From Planctomycetota bacterium (GTDB lineage: Bacteria > Planctomycetota > UBA8108 > SXIK01): a DNA stretch of 64,000 nt. Positions within the stretch are counted from its first letter, which is position 1; every line of letters begins with the position of its first letter. Below, piece after piece: positions 1-9,429 of this stretch. The stretch covers positions 3,936,001 to 4,000,000 of the forward strand of contig OZ244999.1 of assembly GCA_965223265.1 (NCBI GenBank). Reading direction: 5' to 3'. The notes beneath the pieces are model-generated. The model saw only the letters and a list, made by a program, of their open reading frames with translations. It made no database searches and was not told where the DNA came from. Position numbers and translations under genes: made by a program.

Positions 1-724
1 GACGCAAGATGACATCTCGCAGCTCGTCGATGCGAACGCTCGCCTCGACAGTCAAACGACGATCCTCCGGCAACAAGCCCTCAGCCTCTCCTGAGACGAC
101 GACTCCAATGAGGATCCCCGGTGGAAACGCTCCGAATGCGTCGTGGGTCTGCAGGGGAGTGCCGACCGGCGGCGGCGCCTCGCCGTCGAAAATTCGGGCC
201 GTCAGAAGCGGGCGGCCGCTCGCGCCCACGACACCGGTGCCCTCCAGGATGCCGCTGCCATGCTCTGATTCGAAACGAACGCGGAATCCCCGGTCGAGCA
301 CAGTCTGTACTCGCACGACACGAAACTGACCGGCACGCACCGACTCGAACGCGCCATCGCTATGACCGACCAGTCCATTGCGAAGCGTGACCACGGCTGC
401 TCCGGCTGGTAGTGGAGTGGCGCCGCGAGTCACCGCAATCATGCTGCTACGGTCAGACGACAGATCGCCGATCGGCAAGACGCTTGCTAGGACCCGTCCG
501 TAACGCGCCTGGTAAGGAAGAGCCCCCAGAGCTTCAAGTTCCCCCTGTGCGCGCTGGAGCTCGAGACGCAACTCGTGGGCAGCAGCGATGGCGTGAACGC
601 TCGTGAGGTCGCCGGCGTTCACGCGCCGGCCGTCACGGACAAGTCGCACGCCGACTGGCAAAACAAAGAGAAGCATGCAAACGAGATGGCCGACGCTCCA
701 CCGCCGACTCGATCGACGTGCCAC
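1..724 (-). CDS. mreC: Rod shape-determining protein MreC (3'-truncated by window edge; absent from ORF track)
   Basis: Manual translation from GTG at 724 (GGAGGAGG SD upstream) is open to the window edge. It shows an N-terminal hydrophobic segment, a short coiled coil (HELRLELQRAQGELEAL), then GAAVVTLRNGLVG...VRVQTVLDRGFRV...GILEG...GAFPPGILIGVV...DELRDVIL, which are typical MreC motifs. It lies downstream of mreB. Confidence 0.85.
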   Translation of the reverse strand, partial: MARRSSRRWSVGHLVCMLLFVLPVGVRLVRDGRRVNAGDLTSVHAIAAAHELRLELQRAQGELEALGALPYQARYGRVLASVLPIGDLSSDRSSMIAVTRGATPLPAGAAVVTLRNGLVGHSDGAFESVRAGQFRVVRVQTVLDRGFRVRFESEHGSGILEGTGVVGASGRPLLTARIFDGEAPPPVGTPLQTHDAFGAFPPGILIGVVVSGEAEGLLPEDRRLTVEASVRIDELRDVILR

Positions 725-989
725 TTGGGGCCTCCTCCGTCTTCTCTTCCTTCAACCCGCTTCGTCCTTCACCCCACTCGGCACCGAACCGCTGGCGCCT
801 TACCGCTCGGCTTCACCCGCGCCTCGCCTGGTGCCGCTGCTTGCGGCGTTTCGCTTGCCATAACCGCGTTCGACCAAGATGGGTCGACGGGTGATGACGC
901 CAAGCACGTCAGGCACTCAGGAGAATCGTAAAGAGCGGCAGTCATCGCTGCTCAAGACGCTGCGGGTATGTTCTCGGACCCTGCTTAAT

Positions 990-2042
990 CTACAGCTCGT
1001 CGTCAGCGCTCTCAAGGATATCTTTGAACTCGTCGAGCCGCTCCAAAAAGACGGCCGTGCCGCGGGCTACCGTCGTCAGTGGATCACGCGCAACGATCAC
1101 GGGCAAGCCGGTCTCTTCGGCCAACACAAGATCGAACCCGCGCAACAGAGCCCCGCCGCCGCAGAGCAAGATGCCGCGTTCGATGAGGTCGCCGGCAAGC
1201 TCAGGGCCGGTCTTTTGAATCACTGTTTCGATCGCGTCGATCACCTGCCGGATGGGACCTGAAAGGGCCTCACGCACGTCCGCTGAGGTGACTCGGACAG
1301 CGCGCGGCAAGCCCGCGATCAGATCCCGCCCGGTCACGGTAGCTTCTCCCTCCTCCCCTAGTCGCGACGCTGACCCAAGGTCAATCTTGAGCTGCTCCGC
1401 GGTGTGCGGGCCGACGAGAATGTTGTAGTTACGTTTGAGATACTGAACGATCGCCTCGTCGAACGCATCGCCGGCGACGGGCAACGTGTCGTAGACGACG
1501 ACGTCGGCGAGCGACAGAATCGCGATATCCGTCGTGCCGCCCCCGATGTCGACGATCATGTGAGCGTTGGCCTCGTGAATCGGCACGCCCGCACCGAGGC
1601 CAGCGGCTCTCGGTTCTTCCAGCAGAAACACCTGTCGTGCGCCGGCTCGCATGGCAGCGTCGAAAACGGCACGCTTCTGCACTTTCGTGACCCCCATCGG
1701 AATCGAGATCACGACTCTGGGGCTCACCCAACCGCGCCCAGCGCTCGCCCGGCGCATGAAGTGAGCCAACATAGCCTCGGTCATGTCGAAATCGGCGATG
1801 ACGCCTGCGCGCAGCGGACGCACTGCGTCGATGCTGAGTGGTGTCCGCCCGAGCATGGCCTTGGCCTTGGTGCCAATGGCGTCGCCATCGAGGAGGACAT
1901 GCTGGGTGCCCTTCTTGACGGCAACGACAGAGGGCTCGTTCACGACGATCCCGCGGCCCCCCGCGCAGACGAGCGTGTTCGCCGTGCCCAGGTCAATTCC
2001 TAGGTCGGACGAGAAATAGCGAAACAGCTTCGAAAAAAACAT
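990..2042 (-). CDS. mreB: Actin-like rod shape-determining protein MreB
   Basis: DLGIDLGTANT, RPLRAGVIADF, EEPRAAGLGAG, DIGGGTTD and GGGALLRG motifs. Start re-assigned to ATG 2042 (MFFSKLFRYFSSDLGID). Confidence 0.97.
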   Translation of the reverse strand: MFFSKLFRYFSSDLGIDLGTANTLVCAGGRGIVVNEPSVVAVKKGTQHVLLDGDAIGTKAKAMLGRTPLSIDAVRPLRAGVIADFDMTEAMLAHFMRRASAGRGWVSPRVVISIPMGVTKVQKRAVFDAAMRAGARQVFLLEEPRAAGLGAGVPIHEANAHMIVDIGGGTTDIAILSLADVVVYDTLPVAGDAFDEAIVQYLKRNYNILVGPHTAEQLKIDLGSASRLGEEGEATVTGRDLIAGLPRAVRVTSADVREALSGPIRQVIDAIETVIQKTGPELAGDLIERGILLCGGGALLRGFDLVLAEETGLPVIVARDPLTTVARGTAVFLERLDEFKDILESADDEL

Positions 2043-2226
2043 GCAACCCGCTAACGCCGTGGCGGCGGCGCCGTCCCTTTGACGACGCGATTCGGGCAGC
2101 AAGAATACCCCAACGCCCACCAAAAATGGCGCGCAAAAACCGAGCATCTCGAGTTCGTCCACGCCGCGACGGGATCAGGGCAGCGTCATGGTCAAACTCG
2201 AGATGGCGGCGCGGAATCGCGAGAGA

Positions 2227-2838
2227 CTACGCGTCCTCGTCGAGGTCTTCGTCGTCGAAGTCCTCGTCGTCGAAGTCCTCGTCGTCGAAGTCCTCGTCGT
2301 CGAGGTCGTCTGCGTCGAGGTCCTCGTCTGCGTCAAGATCTTCGTCCGCGTCGAGATCCTCGTCTGCGTCAAGATCCTCGTCTGCGTCAAGATCTTCGTC
2401 CGCATCGAGATCCTCGTCTGCGTCAAGATCTTCGTCCGCATCGAGATCCTCGTCTGCGTCAAGATCTTCGTCCGCATCGAGATCCTCATCGTCGAAGTCG
2501 TCCGAATCCGCGTCCTCGCTGACATCGTCTGCATCGTCGTCGACGTCGCCCGCGTCTTCGGCATCCTCGTCGCCAGCGGAATCATCTCCACTGTCATCGT
2601 CGAGGTCTTCAATTTCGTCTTCGTCTTCGTCGCCGGAGTCAACGGCGGCCGAGCTCAGTGCTCTGCGGTCTTTTGACCATTGAGCCTCACCGGGGCGCTC
2701 GCCCTCGCCGTCGTGGGCACGGATCTGCATGAAGCAGACCAATGTCGCGAGCAAAAGAGCAACGGCGCTGACGATCAAGCTAGCAGTCGCCACCGGATTG
2801 CTTTCAGTTTTCTCGATGATTTCGTCGGATTTCGCCAT
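2227..2838 (-). CDS. Membrane-anchored hypothetical protein with a very long Asp/Glu-rich repetitive tail
   Basis: Single TM helix (ATASLIVSAVALLLATLVCFM) followed by about 135 residues that are almost entirely D/E/A/L/F. Co-oriented with its neighbours. Confidence 0.8.
   Translation of the reverse strand: MAKSDEIIEKTESNPVATASLIVSAVALLLATLVCFMQIRAHDGEGERPGEAQWSKDRRALSSAAVDSGDEDEDEIEDLDDDSGDDSAGDEDAEDAGDVDDDADDVSEDADSDDFDDEDLDADEDLDADEDLDADEDLDADEDLDADEDLDADEDLDADEDLDADEDLDADEDLDADDLDDEDFDDEDFDDEDFDDEDLDEDA
2251..2490. repeat. In-frame tandem repeats: 3 x 15 bp (DDEDF) and 10 x 18 bp (DEDLDA)
   Basis: gtcgtcgaagtcctc x3 at 2251-2295. Ten 18-bp units at 2311-2490, with a higher-order 36-bp alternation at 2383-2490. 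Confidence 0.95.
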
Positions 2839-2891
2839 GTTTCAATCTTTCTTCGGGGATTCGTTCAATCGTTGCCAAGGCGACTGTCGCA

Positions 2892-3722
2892 TCAGTGAAT
2901 GCGAGTCGACGCTTTGTCACCCTGCTCGATTGCCTTGGCGGTGTGGACGATATGAGCTCCTGCCATGTTCGGGAGGACCTCGAACACCTTCACCTTTGCG
3001 ACGAACGAACTCTCACGAAAGACGGTGAACTCGTGGCCCGCTTCGACATTGTCATCGCTGCCAACAGAGAGAACGACGATTTTGTCTCCGACCGCGACGA
3101 CGCGTCCGTCGATCGGGGGCGCGGCTTTCGTCACGTCTCTGCCTGCTGCAATGGCGGCGGTCTCGATCTCTTGTCGCTGAAAATCCTGCGACAATTCGGC
3201 ATACTCCGCCCTCGCCGTGGTCAACTCCTCTTGCACTTTGGCCAAGTCGAGGCGAATCGCGTTGTGCCTCGCAACGGCTTCGTCCATTCTTTCGATCGCC
3301 TGTTTCCGCGACTCGATGGTCTCAGCAAGCCGCCGCTCCAGCGATTGAATCGTCCCCTGTGCCCCCTGAATCGTCCGCTGGCGTTCCGTTTCCATTTTGA
3401 GTGCTGCCTGCACACTCTTGCTAGCTTCAGCGAGCTCGAGGTTTTTCTGTGCGAGGTCTGCCTTCGCGGACTTGATGTCGCTGAGCGCCGCCTCAAGTGT
3501 CGCGTTGATCTTCTTGACGTCTGCATTCAACGTCGTCGCTAGCGCGGTCTTTTGGGCGATATCGCCGTTGAGACCCCGGATCGTGTTGGTTGATTCCCTA
3601 CTCAGTTTCTCGTAGGCGATCTTCCAGTCCTGCGTCAAGAGGTAGCTGGTCGACACCGCAGCGAAGAAGACGAGACTCAACACCAGGTTGATGACAATGA
3701 AGGTCTTGGCTAACGGACTCAT
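2892..3722 (-). CDS. Membrane-anchored long coiled-coil protein with a C-terminal small beta-barrel (FlgT-C-like) domain
   Basis: N-terminal TM (TFIVINLVLSLVFFAAV), about 160 aa of heptad-rich helix, and C-terminal IDGRVVAV..VVLSVGSDDNVEAGHEFTVFR..FVAKVKVFEV. GGGAGG SD upstream. Confidence 0.85.
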   Translation of the reverse strand: MSPLAKTFIVINLVLSLVFFAAVSTSYLLTQDWKIAYEKLSRESTNTIRGLNGDIAQKTALATTLNADVKKINATLEAALSDIKSAKADLAQKNLELAEASKSVQAALKMETERQRTIQGAQGTIQSLERRLAETIESRKQAIERMDEAVARHNAIRLDLAKVQEELTTARAEYAELSQDFQRQEIETAAIAAGRDVTKAAPPIDGRVVAVGDKIVVLSVGSDDNVEAGHEFTVFRESSFVAKVKVFEVLPNMAGAHIVHTAKAIEQGDKASTRIH

Positions 3723-4293
3723 GTGCTAGATGCCTCCCTTCGGCTCGCACCGACTTGCTTGCATTTCTTCTCTTTTCGTGGCGGCAACGCGACGCCGAGC
3801 ACCTGGCGCCAGCTTCCGTCACCGCGGATTTAAGTTCTAACGTCGAAACGATTCCAAACCCCTCACGCCTCGACGAATGACCCGGGAGAATCCGCCTGTT
3901 TCCAGCACGCGTTCGAGGTGGGTGAACAGGTGCCAGATCAGGCTTTACACGCCAGGTTTGACGGTTGTCGCGAAGCAGAAAGGGGGGTTTCTGACAAGGC
4001 CAGACGTTGAATCATTTTTACGGAACATCTCCTCTAAAAGCAACCCTCAAAGGATGTAAAGGAGATCGTAGAGCTTCTGTGAAGCGTTTGTTGGGGGATC
4101 AAAGCCTCTGGATCGGCAAGGCGCTCGCCGTGCGCAGCTCGGGATCCTGCGCCCCACCTCTCTCGAAGCTCGCCGTCGCCACCGGGGACGCCCTTTGGGC
4201 GAAGCTCTCGGGGATAGCCGTGGCGGCGGAGCAGCACTCGAGGATCGGCCATCGGTTGACCCAGCCGCCAATGAGCGAGAGCTATATATATGA

Positions 4294-5583
4294 CTACGGC
4301 CTCCCCCTCTCAGAGCTGTACACCGTGTACACGACCGCCCGGCGCCGCTCGGTGCTCGGGCGCACCACCGCCCAACCGACTTGAGCGAGCAAAACGGGAG
4401 CCGAAAGGCGAAGACGCGCCGCGGACGAACTCAGGATCGTTGTCTCCCCGTGCCGACGAATCACGGGCAGGAGCTGCCAAGACTCCTCCGCCGTCAGATC
4501 TTCGCGCTGGACGGCCTGCGTCGACCAGTCCCAGGCGGCCTGGGCAATACCGAGCTGGGCCGCCAGTGCCGGAACGACGAAGAGGTCAAAGAAGGCCGCA
4601 GCCAACAGTGGTGCGCCCGGAAGACAGATGATGTCGACGCCCTGGGACTTCGCCAGCAGGAGAGCGGTCGCCGGCCGCAGCGCCACGGATTCGACCAAGA
4701 AGCGTGCACGGAGCCGCCGAAAAGCCTCGACGGTGCGATCGGTGAATCCACGGCCGGCGCCGCCCGCGAGCACCAAAGTCCTCAGTCCGCGGCGCTGTGC
4801 GTGGTGAAGCGTGTCAGCGAGGCGTTGTGGATGATCCGGAAGGATGCCGAGCGGCACGACTGTATGACCACGCTCCTCTAGCGTCGCTCCTAACCAGTAG
4901 CCTGTGAGGTCCGGGCGAATGACGCTCGTCCCTGCGGCTACGGACGCATCCAAATCGACAAGCTCGTCCCCAATGACTCCATAGCCGATCGGAGCCGGGG
5001 ACCGCACGCGAACAGACTCAATGCCTTGGCGCAGCAGTAGAGTGCGCAGTCGCGGGTCGAGCCGTGACCCAGCGTCGACTCTCATGCGCCCGGCCTGACT
5101 GGGGTGCGCGATGCCTTCACCGGGCGCACACGCTGCATCGATTCGGACACGGGCGGTGCCGACGATTGTAGCAGCGTCCAGCGGCAGGACTCGATCGGTA
5201 CCGGTTGGCAGCGGCGCGCCCGATTCAACGCGCCACAGCGAAGTGGGCGTCAGGAAGTCCGCCGCTGTGACGTCCGACGACGGGTCTGCCTCGGGCACGC
5301 CGCGGCCGAGGCAGTCCTGAACGCCGCCGACGACGCACACGCCGAGGAGGTCGTACACCGCACCGGCGCGATGGTGCGCGCCGACTGCGTATCCGTTGCG
5401 CGCCGCGATCGGCTCGGCTGCTCCTTGGACGGTCACCGCGCAGCTGACCTCGATGGAGTCCGCGAGGACTGCCGCGTCACCGACAAGCGTGCGGAGGTCG
5501 ACCTGCTGCGGATCGAGCGGATTCAGTCCGCCGGCAAACGCCCGCAGAGCCTCGGTGGGGGAGATGGGTTGAGCGGGAAGCAT
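4294..5583 (-). CDS. Divergent MoeA/gephyrin-E-like molybdopterin-binding protein
   Basis: Recognisable but altered motifs: AARNGYAV, SGAPLPTGTDRVLP, GDELVD, LGILPDHP, GGAGRGFTD, CLPGAP. Start uncertain (5583 or 5670). Confidence 0.75.
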   Translation of the reverse strand: MLPAQPISPTEALRAFAGGLNPLDPQQVDLRTLVGDAAVLADSIEVSCAVTVQGAAEPIAARNGYAVGAHHRAGAVYDLLGVCVVGGVQDCLGRGVPEADPSSDVTAADFLTPTSLWRVESGAPLPTGTDRVLPLDAATIVGTARVRIDAACAPGEGIAHPSQAGRMRVDAGSRLDPRLRTLLLRQGIESVRVRSPAPIGYGVIGDELVDLDASVAAGTSVIRPDLTGYWLGATLEERGHTVVPLGILPDHPQRLADTLHHAQRRGLRTLVLAGGAGRGFTDRTVEAFRRLRARFLVESVALRPATALLLAKSQGVDIICLPGAPLLAAAFFDLFVVPALAAQLGIAQAAWDWSTQAVQREDLTAEESWQLLPVIRRHGETTILSSSAARLRLSAPVLLAQVGWAVVRPSTERRRAVVYTVYSSERGRP

Positions 5584-5975
5584 GTCAGCGGTCGCTGCCA
5601 GTGTGGGGGAGCCGAAACCAATTTCCTCGAAGCCACGACGGCTGCACAGGCGCGGATCGTTTCGCTGCACCGCGCCTCACCAGTGCAAACCATCTGGCAG
5701 AAGTCTCATTCGGCAGAAGTTGTCGGGCAGAGTCATCAGGAGAAATTCGTCGCCCAAAAGTCAGCGCCCGCCAGCTTTGAAGCTCGAAACTCACGCCGTC
5801 TCACCGAGCTCCGTTTTGACTCGCCACTTTTTTTCAGGCACTGGGGTGTGAAGCGGCTCCGATCGAATAGAATCAGTGGTTTCGCACCGGAACCGGTGCG
5901 AGTCGACCGGGCGATGCTCGCCCCCCGACACAGCCGCGTCGAGCCGTCGCCTCCAGGGGCCACGTTCACAGGACC

Positions 5976-6695
5976 ATGTTCACAGGAATCGTCGAAGCCA
6001 AAGCCGAAGTGATCGAGTCTACGCGCGGCCGCGGCAGCCTGCAACTGACGGTTCGCCGCCAACGCGGAACGCAGCCGAAGGATCGCCAACACGACGTCGC
6101 GCTGGGCGAGAGCATCGCTGTAAGCGGTGTGTGCCTGACCGTCGTCGATTGCCGGGCGAGTCAAGAAAGTGACGATCTCCGCTTCGATGTCGTCGAGGAG
6201 TCACTCGCGAAAACCACCCTCGGCGCACTTCGCCGCGGCGGCTGGGTCAACCTCGAACGGTCGCTGCGAGTTGGCGATCTCATGGGTGGACACTACGTGA
6301 CTGGCCACGTCGACGGTGTCGGCAGAATCTCCGAGCGCCGACAAGAAGCCACTCAGGTTCTGTTCAAGATCGCCGCAGCGCCGGCACTGATCGACCAGAT
6401 GCTGCCGAAAGGATCGATCGCTGTGGACGGCATCAGTTTGACCCTGGTCGAGGTCGACCGGAAGAACAACTGGTTCAGCTTTGCCGCCATCCCGCACACT
6501 CTGCACGTCACGACACTTGGAAAGCGGCGGCCGGGCGAGGAGGTCAACCTCGAGACAGATGCATTCGGCAAGTGGGCTCTCCACGGACTTCGTTCGCTCA
6601 CGGGCGACGATTCTCGAGACGAAAGACTGCGGCGCCTTCTGGGCGTCGTCGGTAGACGTCAGGTCGACATAGGGCCGGACGCAGAGAACACGTAA
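5976..6695 (+). CDS. ribE: Riboflavin synthase (alpha chain)
   Basis: MFTGIVE N-terminus, GESIAVSGVCLTV, VNLERSL, GGHYVTGHVDG, KGSIAVDGISLT, IPHTLHVT. Called ribC in E. coli nomenclature. Confidence 0.97.
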   Translation: MFTGIVEAKAEVIESTRGRGSLQLTVRRQRGTQPKDRQHDVALGESIAVSGVCLTVVDCRASQESDDLRFDVVEESLAKTTLGALRRGGWVNLERSLRVGDLMGGHYVTGHVDGVGRISERRQEATQVLFKIAAAPALIDQMLPKGSIAVDGISLTLVEVDRKNNWFSFAAIPHTLHVTTLGKRRPGEEVNLETDAFGKWALHGLRSLTGDDSRDERLRRLLGVVGRRQVDIGPDAENT

Positions 6696-6789
6696 TGCAA
6701 AAAACGCCGGCGCCGTTCGAATCCACCGGCCTGCCTCTCACCGCGGAGCAGCCGCGTGCGGCGCGACTCAACTCAGCACAGTTGCGGCA

Positions 6790-7710
6790 ATGAAATACTC
6801 AAGGCGGTCGCCAGCCCAGCCCTCTCGGACTCGAATGCAATCCAAAGCCTTGGAATCCGCCGCCCGCCGGCTGCAGCCGGCGTTCGACTTTCACATTCAC
6901 TCGTCGTGCTCAGACGGTTGTCGATCCCCGTCTGAGCTGCGGCAGCTTGCCTGCGAAGCCGGGCTGACAGGGATCTCGATCACCGATCACGATACGCTCG
7001 ACGCGTACGGGCAGTGCAAACAACGTGTCGACGACGACGAAACCGCCGCGAGTGTCGATGCCCTACGGATCCTTCCTGGGGTCGAATTCAGCACTCGGGT
7101 GGACGACGAAGAGCTCCATATCCTCGGCTACTTCCCAGCGGGAATCTCGACGCCGCTGCACGACTACGTCGAGTCGATCCTCGAAGCTAGGAACGAACGG
7201 ATTCGAGAGGGACTGAGTCAACTGCGCCGCCGTGGCGTCTCGATCTCGCTGCGGGAGTGTCGCGAGCTGGCAGCCGGACGCGTCATCAGCCGCACCCACA
7301 TTGCACGGCTGTTAGTGCAGAAACGATACGTGAGCACCGAAAAACAAGCCTATCGTCACCTGCTCTCAAACGCGCATTTTCCCAAACCACATCCCAAGGC
7401 CGGCGACGTGATCCAAAAGATTTCCGCGCTCGGCGGCATCAGCATTTGGGCGCACCCTTTCACCTCTCAGATCGACCGCCATCTCGACCGCATGGTAGAC
7501 GACGGCATCGACGGCATCGAAATCGCGACCCCGTGGCGGCGCCCGAGCGATGCAGCGCTCTTGCGGGACCAGGCAGCGCGCCGCAGTCTTTTGACCACCG
7601 CAGGATCGGACTGGCATACGCTGCGAGGTAACTGTGAGTTGGGGGACTTTCGTGCCAGTGCGGCTGAGGTGGGGGAGTTCCTCGAACGCATCGGCTGGGA
7701 GGCCTCCTGA
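6790..7710 (+). CDS. PHP-domain metal-dependent phosphoesterase (TrpH/YciV family)
   Basis: DFHIHSSCSDG, ITDHDT, PGVEFS, HILGY, AHP, GSDWH. The start could be 6835. Confidence 0.92.
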   Translation: MKYSRRSPAQPSRTRMQSKALESAARRLQPAFDFHIHSSCSDGCRSPSELRQLACEAGLTGISITDHDTLDAYGQCKQRVDDDETAASVDALRILPGVEFSTRVDDEELHILGYFPAGISTPLHDYVESILEARNERIREGLSQLRRRGVSISLRECRELAAGRVISRTHIARLLVQKRYVSTEKQAYRHLLSNAHFPKPHPKAGDVIQKISALGGISIWAHPFTSQIDRHLDRMVDDGIDGIEIATPWRRPSDAALLRDQAARRSLLTTAGSDWHTLRGNCELGDFRASAAEVGEFLERIGWEAS

Positions 7711-9284
7711 TGGCGGCAGCAGAAACAGAAGGAGTTCGCGGTGTTCTCGGCGTAGTCGGCGGCCGTGAGGACGAGGTCGAGCGCCAGCTCGAACTGGCAG
7801 GCCACGAGTCGTCGCTCAGCTCCATTGAAGTGCGTGCCGATCTCTGTGAATCTCATGAGGCGGCGCTGGCGATTGTCCGCAAGGTTCAGTCGCGCTTCGC
7901 AGTTTTGTTCACGCTAAGAACCAAAGCCCAAGGCGGCGCCTATAGCGGCGATGAGTCGGCGCGCCTCGGGACGTTCGAAGCCGCACTCAAGGCGGGCGCC
8001 GCCGCGGTGGACGCCGAGTGGGGAACACAAGTGGCGACGCGCCTGGCGGTCGCGGGCCGACCGGTCGTCATCTCGCATCACGACTTCAACGGCATGATGG
8101 GCGTCGGCGAGATCGCCCGGTTGACGCGCGAAGCAAGCGCCTTGCGCCCTGTCGCGCTGAAGTTCGTCCCCACGGCCCAGCAGCCTCTCGACAGCGTCCG
8201 TATGCTCGAGTGGGTCGGTGCGGCCGAACGTGGTGATCCGCAGCGGGTCGGCTTTGCCATGGGGCCTTACGGAGTCGCTAGTCGTATCCTCGCCGTCGCC
8301 GCGGGAGCGCCATGGACCTACGGCTCGATCACACAAAGCGTGGCTCCGGGCCAGGTGAGCATGCGAGAGATGCTCCGTCTCTACCGCGCTCACGAGCTCG
8401 CCAAGGACGTCCAGGTGCTCGGCGTTGTGGGACGGCCTGTAGGCCACTCCTTGTCACCACACATGCACAATCCAGCACTGCAGGCGCGGGACTTGAATTA
8501 CGTCTACTTGCCGCTCGAGCTTCGCGAACTGGCCGACATCAATGACCTCGTGACGCCACTGCGCGTGCGGGGCGTCAGCGTGACGATTCCGTTCAAGGAA
8601 GACGCGTTTCGCTTGGCAACAGAACTCGACGACGCCTCCAGAGCCGCAGGCGCGACAAATACACTCGTCTTCGCGCCCCATGCAATCGCGCCACATCACG
8701 GCGCGAAAGTAGCGCCCAACGAGAGCGCAGTAGCGATGCAGGCGCGCGGCTTCAACACCGACGCCAGAGGCGTCGTCGATCCGCTGCTCCGACGCGGCGT
8801 CGCCCTGAAGACATGCTCGGTCGCCATCATCGGCAATGGCGGTGCCGCGCGCGGCGCTGTCGGCGCGCTCAAGGCTTACGGGGCGAGCTGCACCATCTAC
8901 GCTCGCAACCCCGAGCGTGGGGCGACCGTGGCGCGCGACTTAGGCGTTACAGCGAGACCGCTGGAAGAGCTCCGGGGTCAACCGCACGACCATGACCTGC
9001 TGGTCAATGCAACCCCGCTTGGCCTGAACGCCGGAGATCCATCGCCCGTACCACGGGCGGCATTCAACGAACACGTCATCGCGTTCGACATGATTTACGG
9101 TTCGGCGCGGACACCGTTTCTCGAGGCGGCAGAGGCAGGCGGGGCAACAGAACTCATCACCGGGCGTGAGATGCTCATCTGCCAAGGGATCGCGCAGTTT
9201 CAATACTTCACCGGCGAACGCGCCTCGTACGAAGAGTTCGAGGCTGGTTTTGACGCTGGGCAGGCGAATCGTTCCCGGGCGTGA
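7710..9284 (+). CDS. aroDE: Bifunctional type I 3-dehydroquinate dehydratase / shikimate dehydrogenase (AroD-AroE fusion)
   Basis: N-half: IEVRAD, FTLRTKAQGG, ISHHDF, AMGPYGVASR, APGQ. C-half: GHSLSPHMHN, SVTIPFK, GATNT, NTD, GNGGAARG, NATPLG. TGATG overlap with the PHP gene. Confidence 0.95.
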   Translation: MAAAETEGVRGVLGVVGGREDEVERQLELAGHESSLSSIEVRADLCESHEAALAIVRKVQSRFAVLFTLRTKAQGGAYSGDESARLGTFEAALKAGAAAVDAEWGTQVATRLAVAGRPVVISHHDFNGMMGVGEIARLTREASALRPVALKFVPTAQQPLDSVRMLEWVGAAERGDPQRVGFAMGPYGVASRILAVAAGAPWTYGSITQSVAPGQVSMREMLRLYRAHELAKDVQVLGVVGRPVGHSLSPHMHNPALQARDLNYVYLPLELRELADINDLVTPLRVRGVSVTIPFKEDAFRLATELDDASRAAGATNTLVFAPHAIAPHHGAKVAPNESAVAMQARGFNTDARGVVDPLLRRGVALKTCSVAIIGNGGAARGAVGALKAYGASCTIYARNPERGATVARDLGVTARPLEELRGQPHDHDLLVNATPLGLNAGDPSPVPRAAFNEHVIAFDMIYGSARTPFLEAAEAGGATELITGREMLICQGIAQFQYFTGERASYEEFEAGFDAGQANRSRA

Positions 9285-9410
9285 TCCGGGGACTGCCCTC
9301 TCGACACCCAAACGGCGACGACGTCCACCGCGAGGCCGTTCCACTCGTGTTTCGCCAACCCGAAGGCCAAATGAGGGTAAGCGGAAGACTGAGGTCCCCC
9401 ACCGCGGCCC

Positions 9411-9429
9411 GATAATGACTATTATGATG
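9411..9429. promoter_or_regulatory. Fur-box-like AT-rich operator
   Basis: GATAATGACTATTATGATG matches 14/19 positions of the classical Fur consensus GATAATGATAATCATTATC, in a GC-rich background. Confidence 0.4.

Noticed and set aside
2079-2683. Alternative-frame repetitive ORFs (poly-Ser/Arg, poly-Val/Ile, poly-Thr)
   Set aside because: They are shadows of the tandem repeat. Only the acidic frame has a TM anchor, a plausible start and co-orientation with its neighbours.
5700-5975. FMN riboswitch upstream of riboflavin synthase
   Set aside because: The conserved RFN motifs (AGGGCGGGGTGAAATTCCC, AGTCCGGATG) are not visible.
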